From Eledone cirrhosa (lineage: Eukaryota): a DNA stretch of 36,955 bases. This document shows, in pieces, positions 13,988-27,237 of the stretch. Position 1 is the first letter of the stretch; the number at the start of each line of letters is the position of its first letter. Where the stretch lies: positions 1 through 36,955 of the forward strand of contig CAXHJY010001616.1 in assembly GCA_964016885.1 (NCBI GenBank). The letters run 5' to 3'. The notes under the pieces were generated by a model. That model did not search any database. It was not told the DNA's origin and saw only the letters and a list, made by a program, of their open reading frames with translations. The position numbers were made by a program, and so were the translations under genes.

Positions 13988-15298
13988 GAGTTGCATTTAT
14001 CTTGCTTTATGTTCATACGAGTTATCACCAAGTCACAACCAGTGACCTCAAGAGAGAACAAGGTCCACCATGTTCAAGAAAGAACATACATACACACACA
14101 TGCATCTTTAGGTGTTTAGACTTGTGATGTATTTATACTGATATAATCTTCCATAGTATATGGGCAGTTCCCATACTATCTTTTGTATATCTTCTATACG
14201 TGGGTTTCCTGGGATTTGCGATAAGTAATCATTAGACCCCTTAGGTATCATTCCTAGAGCTCCTACAACCACTCGTATTGTTTTAGTTCTAAATTTCCAC
14301 ATTTTTTTCTAATTTCTAACTCCAGGTCCTTATACTTGCTCAAATTTTCAAATGTTTTTATACATACATTCTTGTCTATTGGAACGGACATATAAATTAG
14401 CGGGAATATCCTCTTTTTAAAGTCCTTCAGTGTTATATCCAGTCTATTTGCATCTATGTGTCAGTCTGCTTGGATTCTAAAGTTCCACAATATTGAGATG
14501 TGATCTTTTTCAAGTACGGGGTGTGGTTGATGCCCCCACCAATTCTTTTGATGGGGCAGGTCAAAATGCTTACACATTACCCAGTGTATGTATTGTGCAG
14601 CTCTGTCGTGCATGTTTAGCACTGCACATTGAAATTATATTATCAATGGTCTCTGGTTGCCTTTTACATACTCAGCATAATGGGTTGCATCTATTTTTAT
14701 GATGTTGGCTTGGTAAATTTTTGTTGGCAGACACTGATCATGTCCTCCAGTCTCCGATTTCAGTCCAGAGGATGCCACCCACTGATGGCTTAAAGTGTTG
14801 TCAACATCAGGATTGTTAGCTCTTTCTGTGTATTTTCCATATAGAGGTTTTCTTACAGTTCTTGTTTTGCTGTTAATTTTACCTGCTTTGCCTTTTCTGT
14901 ATTTTTCATTTCAGCAGTAAAAAGAAACTTCTGAAATTTGTAGTTCATTATTGTATCTTCGTGCATCATTTGTATTGGAGTATGATCTGTTATTGCTTTC
15001 ATGTTTCAAAACGTGTATGATCATCCAATCATATCCCGCCCCTTAGCTATGTAGATAATCCAATTGTTTCAGTTTTCAAAGCAATATCTAACTGGAGTAA
15101 TCCACGTCCTCCTTCTTTCCTACAGAGATATATTCTATCTGTATCTGCTTTAGAGTGATGCATTCTGTGCATGGTTAAGAATTTTCTAATTTCTGTATGG
15201 AAGCTACGCATCTCTGTGCTTGAGCAGTTGATGACATTGAAACTGTAGGTTACTACTGGTATGGCAAGCGTGTTTATGGCACCTGGTATGGCAAGCCT
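13988..15298 (-). mobile_element. R4/Dong-like non-LTR retrotransposon, 5'-truncated pseudogene
   Basis: AINTLAIPVVTYSF..IYLCRKEGGRGLL thumb; C-terminal RLE region TIRVVVGALG; (TAA)n on both sides. Confidence 0.8.
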
Positions 15299-15321
15299 TA
15301 TTATTAGTATTATTATTATTG

Positions 15322-16080
15322 TTCTTTGAGTCTCAGTCATTGATGTGATTTAACTGGAAAGTTCGTTGAAATGAATATATGGCCGCTACCTGCAGCCTCA
15401 GAAATTCAGGACGTATCGGAGGGTTCTTGCTGTTCCCAGCAAGCATGCCTTTTGAAGTGTTCCAAAAAGCGCGACTGGACTAATCTTCTTCAACCATCCT
15501 TGGAAACTCTTTGAGATAGTACCTAGTGCGCCTATGACAATCGGGACGACTTTGATATCATGGCAGTTCCAAATCCTTTTTTAACTCCTACTGTAAATCC
15601 TGGTATCGATTAATTTTCTCCCTCTCCAGTTCCTGCACTCTCGTGTCAAATGGGCAGGCTACATCTACAACCAGGCACGATCTTTTTTCCTTGTCCAAAA
15701 CCACCAGGTCAGGCCTATTGTGTTCCAACTTCTTGTCCGTCTGCATCCTAAAATCCCATAGCACCTTCACCTGAACGTTTTCTATAACCGACTCAGACTT
15801 ATGCTCCTACCACTTCTCAGGATGTGGTAAATTGTTTACTTTGCATAGGTGCCAGTGGATCACCCTGCCCATCACATCATGTCTCCAGCCTTTATAGTAG
15901 TCTGGGATAGGTGTTTACACTCGGATACAAAGTGAGCCACAGTCTCCTCTCTCTCCACAGATCCTACACAGTGGGCTAGCCTCCTCCTTGTAAATATGGT
16001 GTTTCACCCACTTCGTTCTGAGGGCCTGCTCTTGCGCAGCCATTACCATTCCTTCTGTAGCCTTTTTAAGGTCTCCTCTT
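15322..16080 (-). mobile_element. Second, distinct R4/Dong-like fragment (CCHC + PD-D/ExK RLE nuclease)
   Basis: CRICGEREETVAHFVSEC, WRHD, VLWDFRMQTDKKLEHNRPDLVVLDK..VDVACP..EKINRYQDL, VPIVIGALG. Confidence 0.85.
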
Positions 16081-16124
16081 TATTATTATTATTAGTAGTA
16101 CTAGTAGTATTATTATTATATAAG

Positions 16125-16331
16125 ACAGTAGATTGGTGGATCGGTAGAGCGTCGGACACCATGCTTTGCAGCATAGAGTAATGAACTTTTACGTTCTGTC
16201 TTCAAATCCAATCAACGTTAATTTGGCCTTTCATCCTTACGGGGGTCGATAAAATAAAGTACCAGTAATGTACTTGGGTCAGTTTAATCAATTTGTCCAT
16301 CCCCTCAAAATTGTGCCTAAGGCAGAAATAA
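16125..16331 (+). mobile_element. tRNA-derived SINE
   Basis: A-box-like TGGTGGATCGGTAGAGC, TTCAAATCC B-box-like, core GCCTTTCATCCTTACGGGGGTCGATAAAATAAAGTACCAG shared with other copies. Confidence 0.8.
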
Positions 16332-16334
16332 GTT

Positions 16335-16460
16335 GTAGTAGTGGTAGTAGTAGCAGTAGTAGTAGTAGTAGTAGTAGTAGTATTCGTAGTAGTAGTGGTA
16401 GTAGTAGTAGTAGCAGTAGTAGTAGTATTAGTAGTAGTAGTAGTCGTAGTAGTAGTAGTA
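16335..16460. repeat. (AGT)n microsatellite
   Basis: Visible. Confidence 0.95.
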
Positions 16461-16971
16461 TATATAGTTGTTGCATCATAACCATAATTTTATATTATTA
16501 TTACTTCTTGAATCGCCTATTTTCTTTCGTTTATTTGTCTCTGTTTGTTGTTCTTCTCCATCATTATTGCATTCACCTTTGTCTTGAACCCTGCTATTTT
16601 GATTCAGGATACAATGTTCAGATATATACACATTACATATATAGACAATAGCAGACCTGACTTGTCATGAGCAGACAAGACATGGCGAACATACTGTCGA
16701 ACTACATATCCTGAGGAAGTGAGATACGATAGTTACAATATGGAGGTGTATGATGGATCATAAATCTAGTCATATAACATCCTCGATCAATACATGACAT
16801 CTGGCTTCAACGTCAAAGTCGAAATTCGGTAAATTAATACGTGTCTATATTTTTCTAGTAAGTGTTATTACATAACGGACTAGCTTCCTAATGTGTCTGT
16901 GTATACATAGACACTGATACAAACATATTTAAATGCACATATATGCAGATAACTGCATATATATATATAGA

Positions 16972-17041
16972 GACAGGGGGGAAGAAAAAATGGCTTCACT
17001 TCTGCAGCACAAGTGAAGCCATTTTTTCTTCCCCCCTGTCT
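16972..17041. repeat. Perfect hairpin, ~31-bp arms, 9-nt loop
   Basis: GACAGGGGGGAAGAAAAAATGGCTTCACTT / AAGTGAAGCCATTTTTTCTTCCCCCCTGTC. Confidence 0.9.
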
Positions 17042-17108
17042 TAATATACCTAACTGTACCAAGGATTACACAAATTTTCCAATATATATATATATATTTA
17101 TGAATGTG

Positions 17109-17166
<58 letters not shown>

Positions 17167-17315
17167 GCACTGCGAAACCGGTAAAGGAACCAAATAAATA
17201 TATTGTTTTTAAAAAAGACTCCAGTTGCATTTTCGATTTCATTTTTTTTTCTTTATACTTTTACTCGTGTAGGACACCTCGTTTTTTTTTCATTTTTGTA
17301 AAAATACCTCACTCA

Positions 17316-17379
<64 letters not shown>

Positions 17380-18097
17380 TCTTCTTATGTATATATGTAT
17401 GTATATCTCTAAGAAATAGTGTAAAATATCCTAATATTTTATATATTCCCTGCTCTCCTTCAGAACATGGTCAGCTTACCCCCCAGTTACAAATGCTACA
17501 CTCAACATTTCCCCCCAAATACCTTTTCTCAGCGACTCCTTTCCATTAAATCCCTTTTACTATTACTTTTGTATTCGACGATTAAATGATTCTTAAAGTA
17601 AACACGAAATCCAATAATTTGACCTGTGGTAAAACCCAAAAGATCACGTGTCATTAGACGGTCATTCGTATTGTTACATGAGGTGTATGTTGGTCATTGA
17701 AATCTAGGAGTGTAAATCATTCTTTAGCTCAGAACGCAGCCAATCTCTTTCACAGAAGGAGAAATATTTGACAAAGAGAAAATAATAGTGAGGAAAAATA
17801 GAGAAAATATCAGCCCCCAATATTGTACTGGTATTCGATATATCGATATCGAAATGATAAAAGGCGAAGGAGACCTCGTCGGTAGTTGAATCCGATGAGC
17901 AGAATGCCGGAACGAGCGAGGAAAAGTAATCTATATGGTAACGAATCTGCCAATAATCTGCTTAGACATCTTAAATGATTAAAATCAAAATCTCGTTTGT
18001 ATTGAAAGTTGGAATATGACCTCAGAACTTCGGCCGAACATATCCCCAATATCCTTTAATCCATCCTCAATGACTTACTAATATATTAATCTATCCA

Positions 18098-18309
18098 GAA
18101 GGTTGACTGGTAGTATCGGTAGAGCGTCGTACTCCATACTTAGCGGCTTAAAGTTACAGCCATTTATTTCTGATATCAAATTCTGCCAAGGTTAGCTTTG
18201 CCTTTCATCCTTATAGGGTCGATAAAATAAAGTAAAACACTAGTGTCGATTTACTCAATTTTGCGCTCCCAAAATATTGTTCATTTGTGCTGAAATCAGA
18301 AACTATAAT
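18098..18309 (+). mobile_element. tRNA-derived SINE, same family
   Basis: Aligns with 16125-16331. Confidence 0.8.
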
Positions 18310-18699
18310 AATATATTTTGAAAGAATGGAAATAAGTTTTATCTCGGCAGTTTTGTGTGTGAGAACTCCGAGACAAAAAAACAGCACTCGCTATCATTTT
18401 TGGAGCATATGGCAAAACAACAAACAAACAAACAAAATACATCTTAGAAACAATGTTAGTATTGGTATTTCAATTCCAGATAATATCTATCCGTCTGAAT
18501 TCCAGACAGGAGTGTCATATTTGCAGGAAAAGTTTAGAAGTTAGAGGTGTGTTCAACTCCAGAACATGAACCACAAGTCAACTTATCTGACACTCTACCA
18601 AAGCTACCCATCAAAATTCATTGACTTGCTACAATATCTATCAAATTCTACAGACTTAAATTCAAAGACATCATAAGTATTTTAACTTAGAGCACATAA

Positions 18700-19310
18700 C
18701 TATTTATCACACGATTGACCATCTTTGACAGAGTTCATATATCACACGACAGGACACTTCCCTACGTCTTGCCTCAACCAATCGTGCAATATCATATAGA
18801 ATCAAAGTAAAAAATCCGCTGGAAGCTACAATGATCATAGAATTGTATCTACCTTAGCCTCATCGTGTTTTCATTGAAATGTTGATTCATGAAACTGTTA
18901 GAGGAAGATATAACATGCTTGGAAATAAAATAAAAAATAGATTTTGAGTGGTGAGGGAAATATGGAATATGGTGATTGTCGAATCCCGAGAATGTTAACC
19001 TCATGTTGTCCATCATATTCCCGTTGGGTTTGTTGATATTGTTTGTATTGATAGTTCTGCCATTGTGGTTCTATCTAGGATTTTGTTTGTCATGTTGCTC
19101 AACCGCAGGACACACATGTATATCAGACAATTCTAGGATTATATTATATATGTTTTTTTATAGTTTTTAGACGGATATCCATAGAGACTATTCTGTGAGG
19201 AGTTTTTCCTTGTTTATTGTGTGTATGTTGTTTGTTGTGGGGTATATATTGACTTTCTGTAGCAGTCCTATCGAGCTTTCAGACATGGCATCTCACAGCT
19301 GCCAGATTTC
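18700..19310 (-). pseudogene. Possible highly degraded Penelope-like RT/GIY-YIG fragment
   Basis: Scattered minus-strand motifs YGYP, IPY, VIYEL in the expected order; many frameshifts. Confidence 0.25.
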
Positions 19311-19384
19311 ACCGGCTTTAACAACAGTTGTGTAAGAAAATCAATTTTATTCAATAAACAAGTTTAATACGATTAGCTGGAAAT

Positions 19385-20040
19385 GGATAACAGCATCAAC
19401 AGCAGCATCACTAGTATCATCATCAACAGCAACAATAGTATTACAACTGCAGCACAACGGCAGCAGCATGGCAGAAGCAGCTACAACAGCAGTGGTGCAG
19501 CAGCAATGCCAGAGACTCAGCGACATCTAGTGTGGAGTCTACACGTAACAGGGATGGCATTCCATCTTCGTCCATCCTGTGGTAGTGAGGAAGAACGGAA
19601 TGCGAAGACGATGACAAAGATGATGATGATGGTTGTGATAGTGGTGTTAATGATGGTGGTGTACATGATTATAATATTGGTGGGGGCCTTCATGTTGATG
19701 ATGATGATGATAGTGATGACAGTGGTGGTGGTGGTGGCGGTGGCGGTGGTGATTATAATGGCTGTGGTGTTGATAATGATGATGATGATGATGATCTGGT
19801 GATGAGTAATGATCATCATGAGTATAATGGTTGTGGTGTTGATGTTGATGATGATTATAATGGCGGAGGTGATGATGATGACGGTGGTGGTGGTGGTGGT
19901 GGTGGTGGTGGTGGTTGTGATGGTAATGATGCCGATGATGGTGACGATGATCATGATTATAATGGTAGTGGCGTTGATGATGATGATAGTGTTGATGTTG
20001 GTGATGTGATGATAGTGTTGATGATGGTGATGATGAAATG
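19385..20040. repeat. (CAG/CAA)n and (GAT/GGT)n low-complexity trinucleotide region
   Basis: Visible. Confidence 0.9.
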
Positions 20041-20857
20041 ATTCAAGACAAGTTCGTCTACCAGAAGATCACACCATTAGATATATATCATAACCACCAC
20101 CAAAACCACCAGCACCCCGATCTAAAACACAGACGACATAACTGTTGCCTCGTACTCAAATTTAATGTTTCATGTGAGACCTACTGTGTGTTATCTTATA
20201 ATAACTACATGCACGACTCTTTATTGACGGGCTTTTTCTTCTTTTTTTTTTTACTTTTTACAATCTTTAAGCCGTTAAACGCCGTTACAAGCGCACAGAC
20301 GTGACATATTTATATATTGTTAGTTATCGTAAAATACAGAGATTTTCGCTCGAATAATAAGTGAATCAATATTTCATATCAAACGCTAGTGAGAGATTAG
20401 TCGTCAAAAGACTCGCTAGGAATAATGGTGCACTCGGTCGTTTATTACAGCACACAATTTCTTCAACGAGAATTCGGCTCATATATCATTACAAACTTAC
20501 AAATGATCGCCATGTGTATCCAGTAAATACAAACCGATATTTGGCAAAGTAAAACAAAACACAAATCTCATCAGGTTTCATTAAAAACTTGACATTTGGC
20601 TACGTAAATCAGTGTTAACCCCACCAATTCTAGTGAATGTTGGTTTATATAAAGTGCGTTATTGTTGCTCTTCTTGTTGCTGTTGTTGTTGTTGTTGTTG
20701 TTGTTGTTATTGGTAGTGGTGGTAGCATTGTTGTTATGGTAAAGGAAGCACAGTTACTTCAGTTTATAGAATCGAACAGAATAGATAAATATGCAAAGGT
20801 GATAAAACTAAAAATTTCGCGTCGCGCTTTCACTGTACATTTATAATAATTACCACT

Positions 20858-20924
<67 letters not shown>

Positions 20925-21026
20925 AGGAATGTGATGTTAATAGGGTATGACGGCGAGAACGACGTAGGGCGCCCACTTCTTCCATCAACTATTATAGGTA
21001 TATGCATGGTCGTATGTATACATATA

Positions 21027-21112
<86 letters not shown>

Positions 21113-21113
21113 A

Positions 21114-21169
21114 TCTCTAAAATGTTGGATCAATACGGCAATATGGACGTGTGTGTACTTTAGAGTATA

Positions 21170-21218
<49 letters not shown>

Positions 21219-21298
21219 GAAAAATATATATATATACAAAAGCACAAACACGTCCATATTGCCGTATTGTTCCAACATTTTAGAGAGAACTTAACAGA
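21114..21298. repeat. ~60-bp inverted repeats flanking a (TA)n spacer
   Basis: TCTCTAAAATGTTGGA-CAATACGGCAATATGGACGTGT and its reverse complement. Confidence 0.85.
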
Positions 21299-21959
21299 AT
21301 GTATAGTGGATATTATTGTTGATGTGGTTTTCGCGCTGATGTTCTCTAGGCCACATTAAATGTACACAAGCAGATGTAATGTTGCATTGGACTTCCGTCC
21401 ATTGCGTCAACGTATGTTCCGGTTTTGTTTATTTCCACAAAAGTGCAATCTCGTGAAATTAACGTGCAAACGACTGATCATACTACAAATGCATGAAATC
21501 AATGACTTAAGACACGGGCGGATTAAATGGTACCCTCAAAATCATAAGACTTCAAACAGCATTTATAACAATTCTGATACTCTATATGTGATAGTGTAGG
21601 CTCACTATTGATGTATGTGACTTCAATGTCTGATGTAGAATTGTACAAACAACGTTCCAGTGATAGTGACACCATTGAGTTTCCATCAAGCTATATATTA
21701 TTCACGTCCGATATACATTTTTACAATTACCATCTTTGCATATAACTTGTTTTTCCGTTGCGCATTCCTGGTCCGAAATATTCAGCTTACATACATTACA
21801 CTTCCTCATTACAGTGTCCTCACGTATATTACACTTCCTTTGCTTTTGAACAAGAAGCTTGATCGGTTTTATTATTGAAAATGAGACGCAGTTTTAAACT
21901 CAATACACATTATTCAATCAATGATATATTTGTCATTTCATTCCATTAACTTCCGCCAT

Positions 21960-22720
21960 ATCCTAGGTATATCTAGTATTCCATGTTTAAGGAAGTTGCT
22001 GTTTTTGCAGGCGTAGAACCCTTCGAAATGAACTTCCACATCTTCTGAAGTACTGAAGGTCTGCCCATTCAAAGAATTTTGAAGAAATCGAAAGAGTTGG
22101 AAATCGGAAGGAGCCAGGTTGGGGAATATGGAGAGTAAGGCTAAACCTATCAGTTAAGCAGTTGTAGCTTAGGCAGCTTCTGCAAAGAAGTGTGGGATCT
22201 AGCATTATCTTGATGAAAGACTACTCTTTCATTAGAAAGTTCTGGACCCTTCTGGCAGATCAATGTGTTTAACGTATCTAACGTTTCAGAGTACACATCC
22301 GAATTGATGGCCCTGTGTTGGGGAAGAAGCCTGTGAGAAAAAAACTTCCTGCCAATCCCAACAAATTGAAAGCATAATCTTATTTCGGTGAAGTCTCGCT
22401 TTAGAGTGTTTTGTGGTGGTTCTTGGCGCTTTCCGCATGATCGTTTTCGCTTCACATTGTTATAAAGTATCCATTGTTCGTCTCCAGTTGCTTTTATTTT
22501 CAAAAGGGGATCATTTACTCCACGTTTAAGCAAGGAATCGCAAATGGAAATCCATCGTATAAGGTTGGCGTCATTCAATTCATGAGAAAGAAAGAAATCA
22601 AGACTGCTGACGTAACCAAGTTTATGGAGTTGGTTTTCAACACAATATTAATTACGTTTATAGTAATTTTCTCTGCTAAAATATAGATTACCCTTGCCGT
22701 CTAGATAACAGGGCGCCCAG
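21960..22720 (-). pseudogene. mariner (DD34D) transposase pseudogene
   Basis: TGDEQWILYNN, FHQDNARSHTS, YSPNLAPSDFQLF motifs; frameshifts; TIRs not identified. Confidence 0.9.
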
Positions 22721-23764
22721 TCACACAACATTTGGTCTTTTTAAGATAATATGCTATAGCTTACTGGTGCCAATACATTTAGTCGACTCTTGCGGCACAG
22801 AGGTTTACTGTGTATCAAATCTAAGCAAAATTAGGATATATTTAAAGCCCCATGTATGTGTTGTGTAGATTAGAACGAGCAAACGAGACATTGTAACATT
22901 AGAATTCATATTAGAACATTCAAATAAAATACATCAACATAGTTCCAATAATATTTCATACAATAGAGGCAAAATATGTGGAGTCGTTCTGAATGTTTAT
23001 ATGAAAACTAAGTGATGAGGTGTGTGTTACATGCAAACTAAAATAGTATCGATGACAGAAAATCAAATGAAAATAGTGTCTTAAATGATTTTAATGCATG
23101 TAAGATTTCACAGCTCTAGCATCAATCCTTCATTAATACCTATGAATATTTCAGCCGACCCTAGTATTTTTGTGAAATGGGAGTAAAATGTTTAATACGT
23201 TAGTGTTAACGTTACTGTTAACAGAGTGTTTTCTTCGCTGATAAACCAGTAAGAGGAGAGCAGTGATTATGACATATTTCTGTGTGTCGGAGACAGTGCA
23301 TGATTTAAGACATATGAGGGCCTCTGGTAGTTAAGTTGGGAGGACCCAAACATTTGAAAAATTCATCACGAAAAATATGTTTGGCGGTTAGATAGGCGTC
23401 CTCTGTCCAACGGGGTCCCGTGCTTAAAGAACAGCAAAGCACTGGTAAATCCGGCACTGGTCCGAAACTGTTTACATGAGCTGATGGTATTTTCATTTCT
23501 AAATATTGTACAAAGGCTTGCAATCAAAGCCACTACATCTAAATCACTACAATGCATCTGGGGTCTGCGGTGGTTTTAAACCAAATGAGATTTTAATTAA
23601 ACCACGCAAGAATGCAACAGCTAATGTGGTATAAATAATATCAACGGACTAGGAATTTGATTTTAACTTGATCACAAGACTGAATTTTCTTCGTCGAAGA
23701 TCAATTCTAATCAGCATTCACAAATGGTTACTTTCACACAGCCAAATATAAACCGTCACTCACG

Positions 23765-23799
<35 letters not shown>

Positions 23800-23843
23800 G
23801 ATATAAATTTGGACCGTGAAACCTTGGATAGCGCTTCATGAAC

Positions 23844-23917
<74 letters not shown>

Positions 23918-24273
23918 AAAAATTGAAAGGGAACAAAACAGAGAGGCAGTACGAACAAAGGTTTATTAGTTTCACGCTCTAAATATCTATATTTATGTTT
24001 ATAAAGTGTACAGAAGCGCTACCGAATGTATCACGGTCCAAATCTGACCATAACTCCGGAAAACAAGAGGCATCAAAAGAGGGACCTTTAATCGGATGCT
24101 AATACTCATATAGGTGGCGCTTTTGTTCCGTGTATGAATATAAATAAATAATACAATATTAATGCTCTCTTCGATTGAGCACAGTATTCCATTTTCCTTT
24201 TTAGATCTCTGTATATTGCTACATATACACACGTACATAAAGTAAACACACCACACACACACCCATACACACC

Positions 24274-24370
<97 letters not shown>

Positions 24371-24375
24371 GCACG

Positions 24376-24418
<43 letters not shown>

Positions 24419-24531
24419 GTAAGTATATATATATTTAACGGTTAGGAGAAGCAAATACTTGAGGGGTGAACTTAAGCACATATCTCCTTGCCCTTGAATA
24501 ATTGACACAGCTTCACAGATATAATAGTAAT

Positions 24532-24601
<70 letters not shown>

Positions 24602-25259
24602 CCTGTTTGCATGTTTACGCCATATCGAATGAGCGTGTAATCTTTATTTATGTGTGTGTGTGTGGGGGTGGGTGGGTGTGTCTCTGTGTGTGTGTGTTTG
24701 ACCGTGTGTATGGGTGCGTGTGGGTGTTAGTGTGGTTACTTCTCGTATTTACCGAATTCTCACAAGAACTCTACTTCGCTATAATATAGGACTGCCTGAA
24801 ATTCTCACCATTAAGCTGTAATCTCATCACTGCACGAATGCTTTAAACTCTTCTATAAGGCATATAACAATTGATTTTTAAGTGAACGAGAAACCAGTTT
24901 CATGAAATGCAATACACAAACTGCGCAAAGACACGGATACAGTTGTATTTAACAAAGTACTTTACATTGTTGAGAATCGAAAGTAATAGACAGGGTGAGC
25001 TAGAGACAGACAGAGAGTGGGGGAGAAAGAACGAGAGAGGACGGAGAATAGAGCGAGAAAGAGAGAGTTGTATACATATGTGTGTGTGTGTGAGCGGGTG
25101 TGTTTGTGTGAATGTCTGTGTGTATGTATGTATGTGTGAGCATGTATTCCTAGGCGTATATGTATACATATATGCATATTTATTACACATATGTTTATAT
25201 ATGTGTCTATATACACACAGAAGAAGATACGCATATCGTTCACTCTCTCTTTCTCTCTC

Positions 25260-25305
<46 letters not shown>

Positions 25306-25850
25306 AAGAGAGGGAGATATATAGAGAGAGAGCTAGAGACAGTGTGTGTGTGTGAGAGAGAGAGACAGGGCGAGAGGGAGATAGAGAGGGAGAGAGAGAG
25401 CTAGAAAGTTAGAGACAGAGTGTGTGTGTGTGAGAGAGAGAGAGGGGGAGAGAGGGAGAGAGAGAGACAGAGAGAGAGAGAGCTAGAGACAGTGTGTGTG
25501 TGTGTGAGAGAGAGAAAGTCGGATAGCAATAAAGAACGTTTAGCAAAATTAGACGGAGAGAGTAGTTTCGAAGCTGTTCGCTTTTTGTGAGCTACAAGAT
25601 ATACGACCTCACTTCTTGAAATTTCCATTTACGCATGGTTTTAAATTTCGCTGGCAATTGGAAATTCGTATTATATGAGTTGGTAATTTATATATAGACA
25701 CTGCAATTCATAGTTTCAGTTGTTAACTATGAAATTTTCAACTGAATCTACATCAATTTGAAGGTAACAAATATATGTGCACGCACATAGAGACATAAAA
25801 ATATACACAAACATGCGATTATATGGTGATTCTTTATATTCTAAGTCAGA

Positions 25851-25914
<64 letters not shown>

Positions 25915-26554
25915 ACAGGGAAAAAGAGACGATTATTAGGAGGAAACATATTTTTTCCTTTTTTATTTCCCTCTCTCTCTTTTCTAGGTTAGAAAATGAT
26001 TAAAACCAAATGTTTTACTTTGTGTGAAGTGTTAAGGTATTAGTTGATTTATTTATTAATGAACAATGGCATTTATTTATTATTTATATATTTAATAATT
26101 GTCTGTTACCGGTTTCAGCAGTGTTATGCATTATCAAATGATAGTGATATGTATTAGTGTAGAATATATTTATATAAGCAAAGCTAAAAGGCGAAACCTT
26201 AAACATTCTTTTTTAAAAATCAAATCACAAACAAAATACATTGAACATATCTGTCATTGAGATTGAATGTGGATGTTTCTACACATACCGATGGTACTGC
26301 GCGTCCATACGCGAATACAGCGTCTGACATAGGCCAAAGCGCTGTCTAGATGTCCAGTGGAGTACTTTATATGTACATATAGAATATATATATATATATA
26401 TATATATATTAATTCAGTAAGAGGTTGTGAATACTCCGTATTGTGGATAGTTTTAGCGTACGGCGCTGTTTGACTCAACAAGAGTTTCCGTAGGTGGCGA
26501 GGATATGAGTTCTCTTGAATTCCTCTGTAAGTTTTTCTTGGAGTCATAATATTC

Positions 26555-26852
26555 AAAGATTTAAGGATAAGATGGTCAACAGTACAGAAAAGGGTTCATT
26601 TACAGTATTAACAATCGATTATGTTGTCTAAAAATTGCTGAACACTTGAAGCTGTGCGACTCAATTTTAAATACGCTGTTAGCTTAACCAGATTATCACA
26701 GTCCTTCTGATGATCTGGTTAAGCTAACAACGTATTTAAAATTGAGTGGCACAGCTTCAAGTGTTCAGCAATTTTTAGACAACATAATCAATTGTTAATA
26801 CTGTAAATAAAATCCTATTTTGTACTGTTGACCACGTTATTCTTCACTCTTT
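26555..26852. mobile_element. ~300-bp fold-back palindrome adjacent to (TA)n
   Basis: Arms are reverse complements around a 9-nt loop at ~26699-26707. Confidence 0.88.
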
Positions 26853-26853
26853 C

Positions 26854-26915
<62 letters not shown>

Positions 26916-27237
26916 GTAAATATATGTATGTACGTGTGTATCAAAATAAATTAGATGTGCAGCGTCAATGCATCATGAACGAATATAGTTTTCCTAATCC
27001 TTTCGTCCGGGGTTCTATCCCACTAACATAGCCTCACGTGGAAGTACCATTTACCTTAACATTGACGCGATCTATGCATTGAGAGAAATTGAATGGAGAG
27101 AAATTGTTTGTCCATCCGTCAGATGGTCTATGATTGCCATTCCAAGGACATGTCTTGTACAACAATTTGATACGCTGAATCATCTTCAGAACTGCATTAG
27201 TACTTGAAGTGTCAGCAGAAAGATAAACCTCTAAACA

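Noticed and set aside
19383-20041. Hydrophobic / poly-T / poly-D ORFs (also 16268-16651, 28674-29163)
   Set aside because: Trinucleotide microsatellite artefacts
27155-27195. Minus-strand CTGAAGA-T-GAT/ATC motif (similarly 16710, 20569, 30888)
   Set aside because: No GAAA partner or stem I
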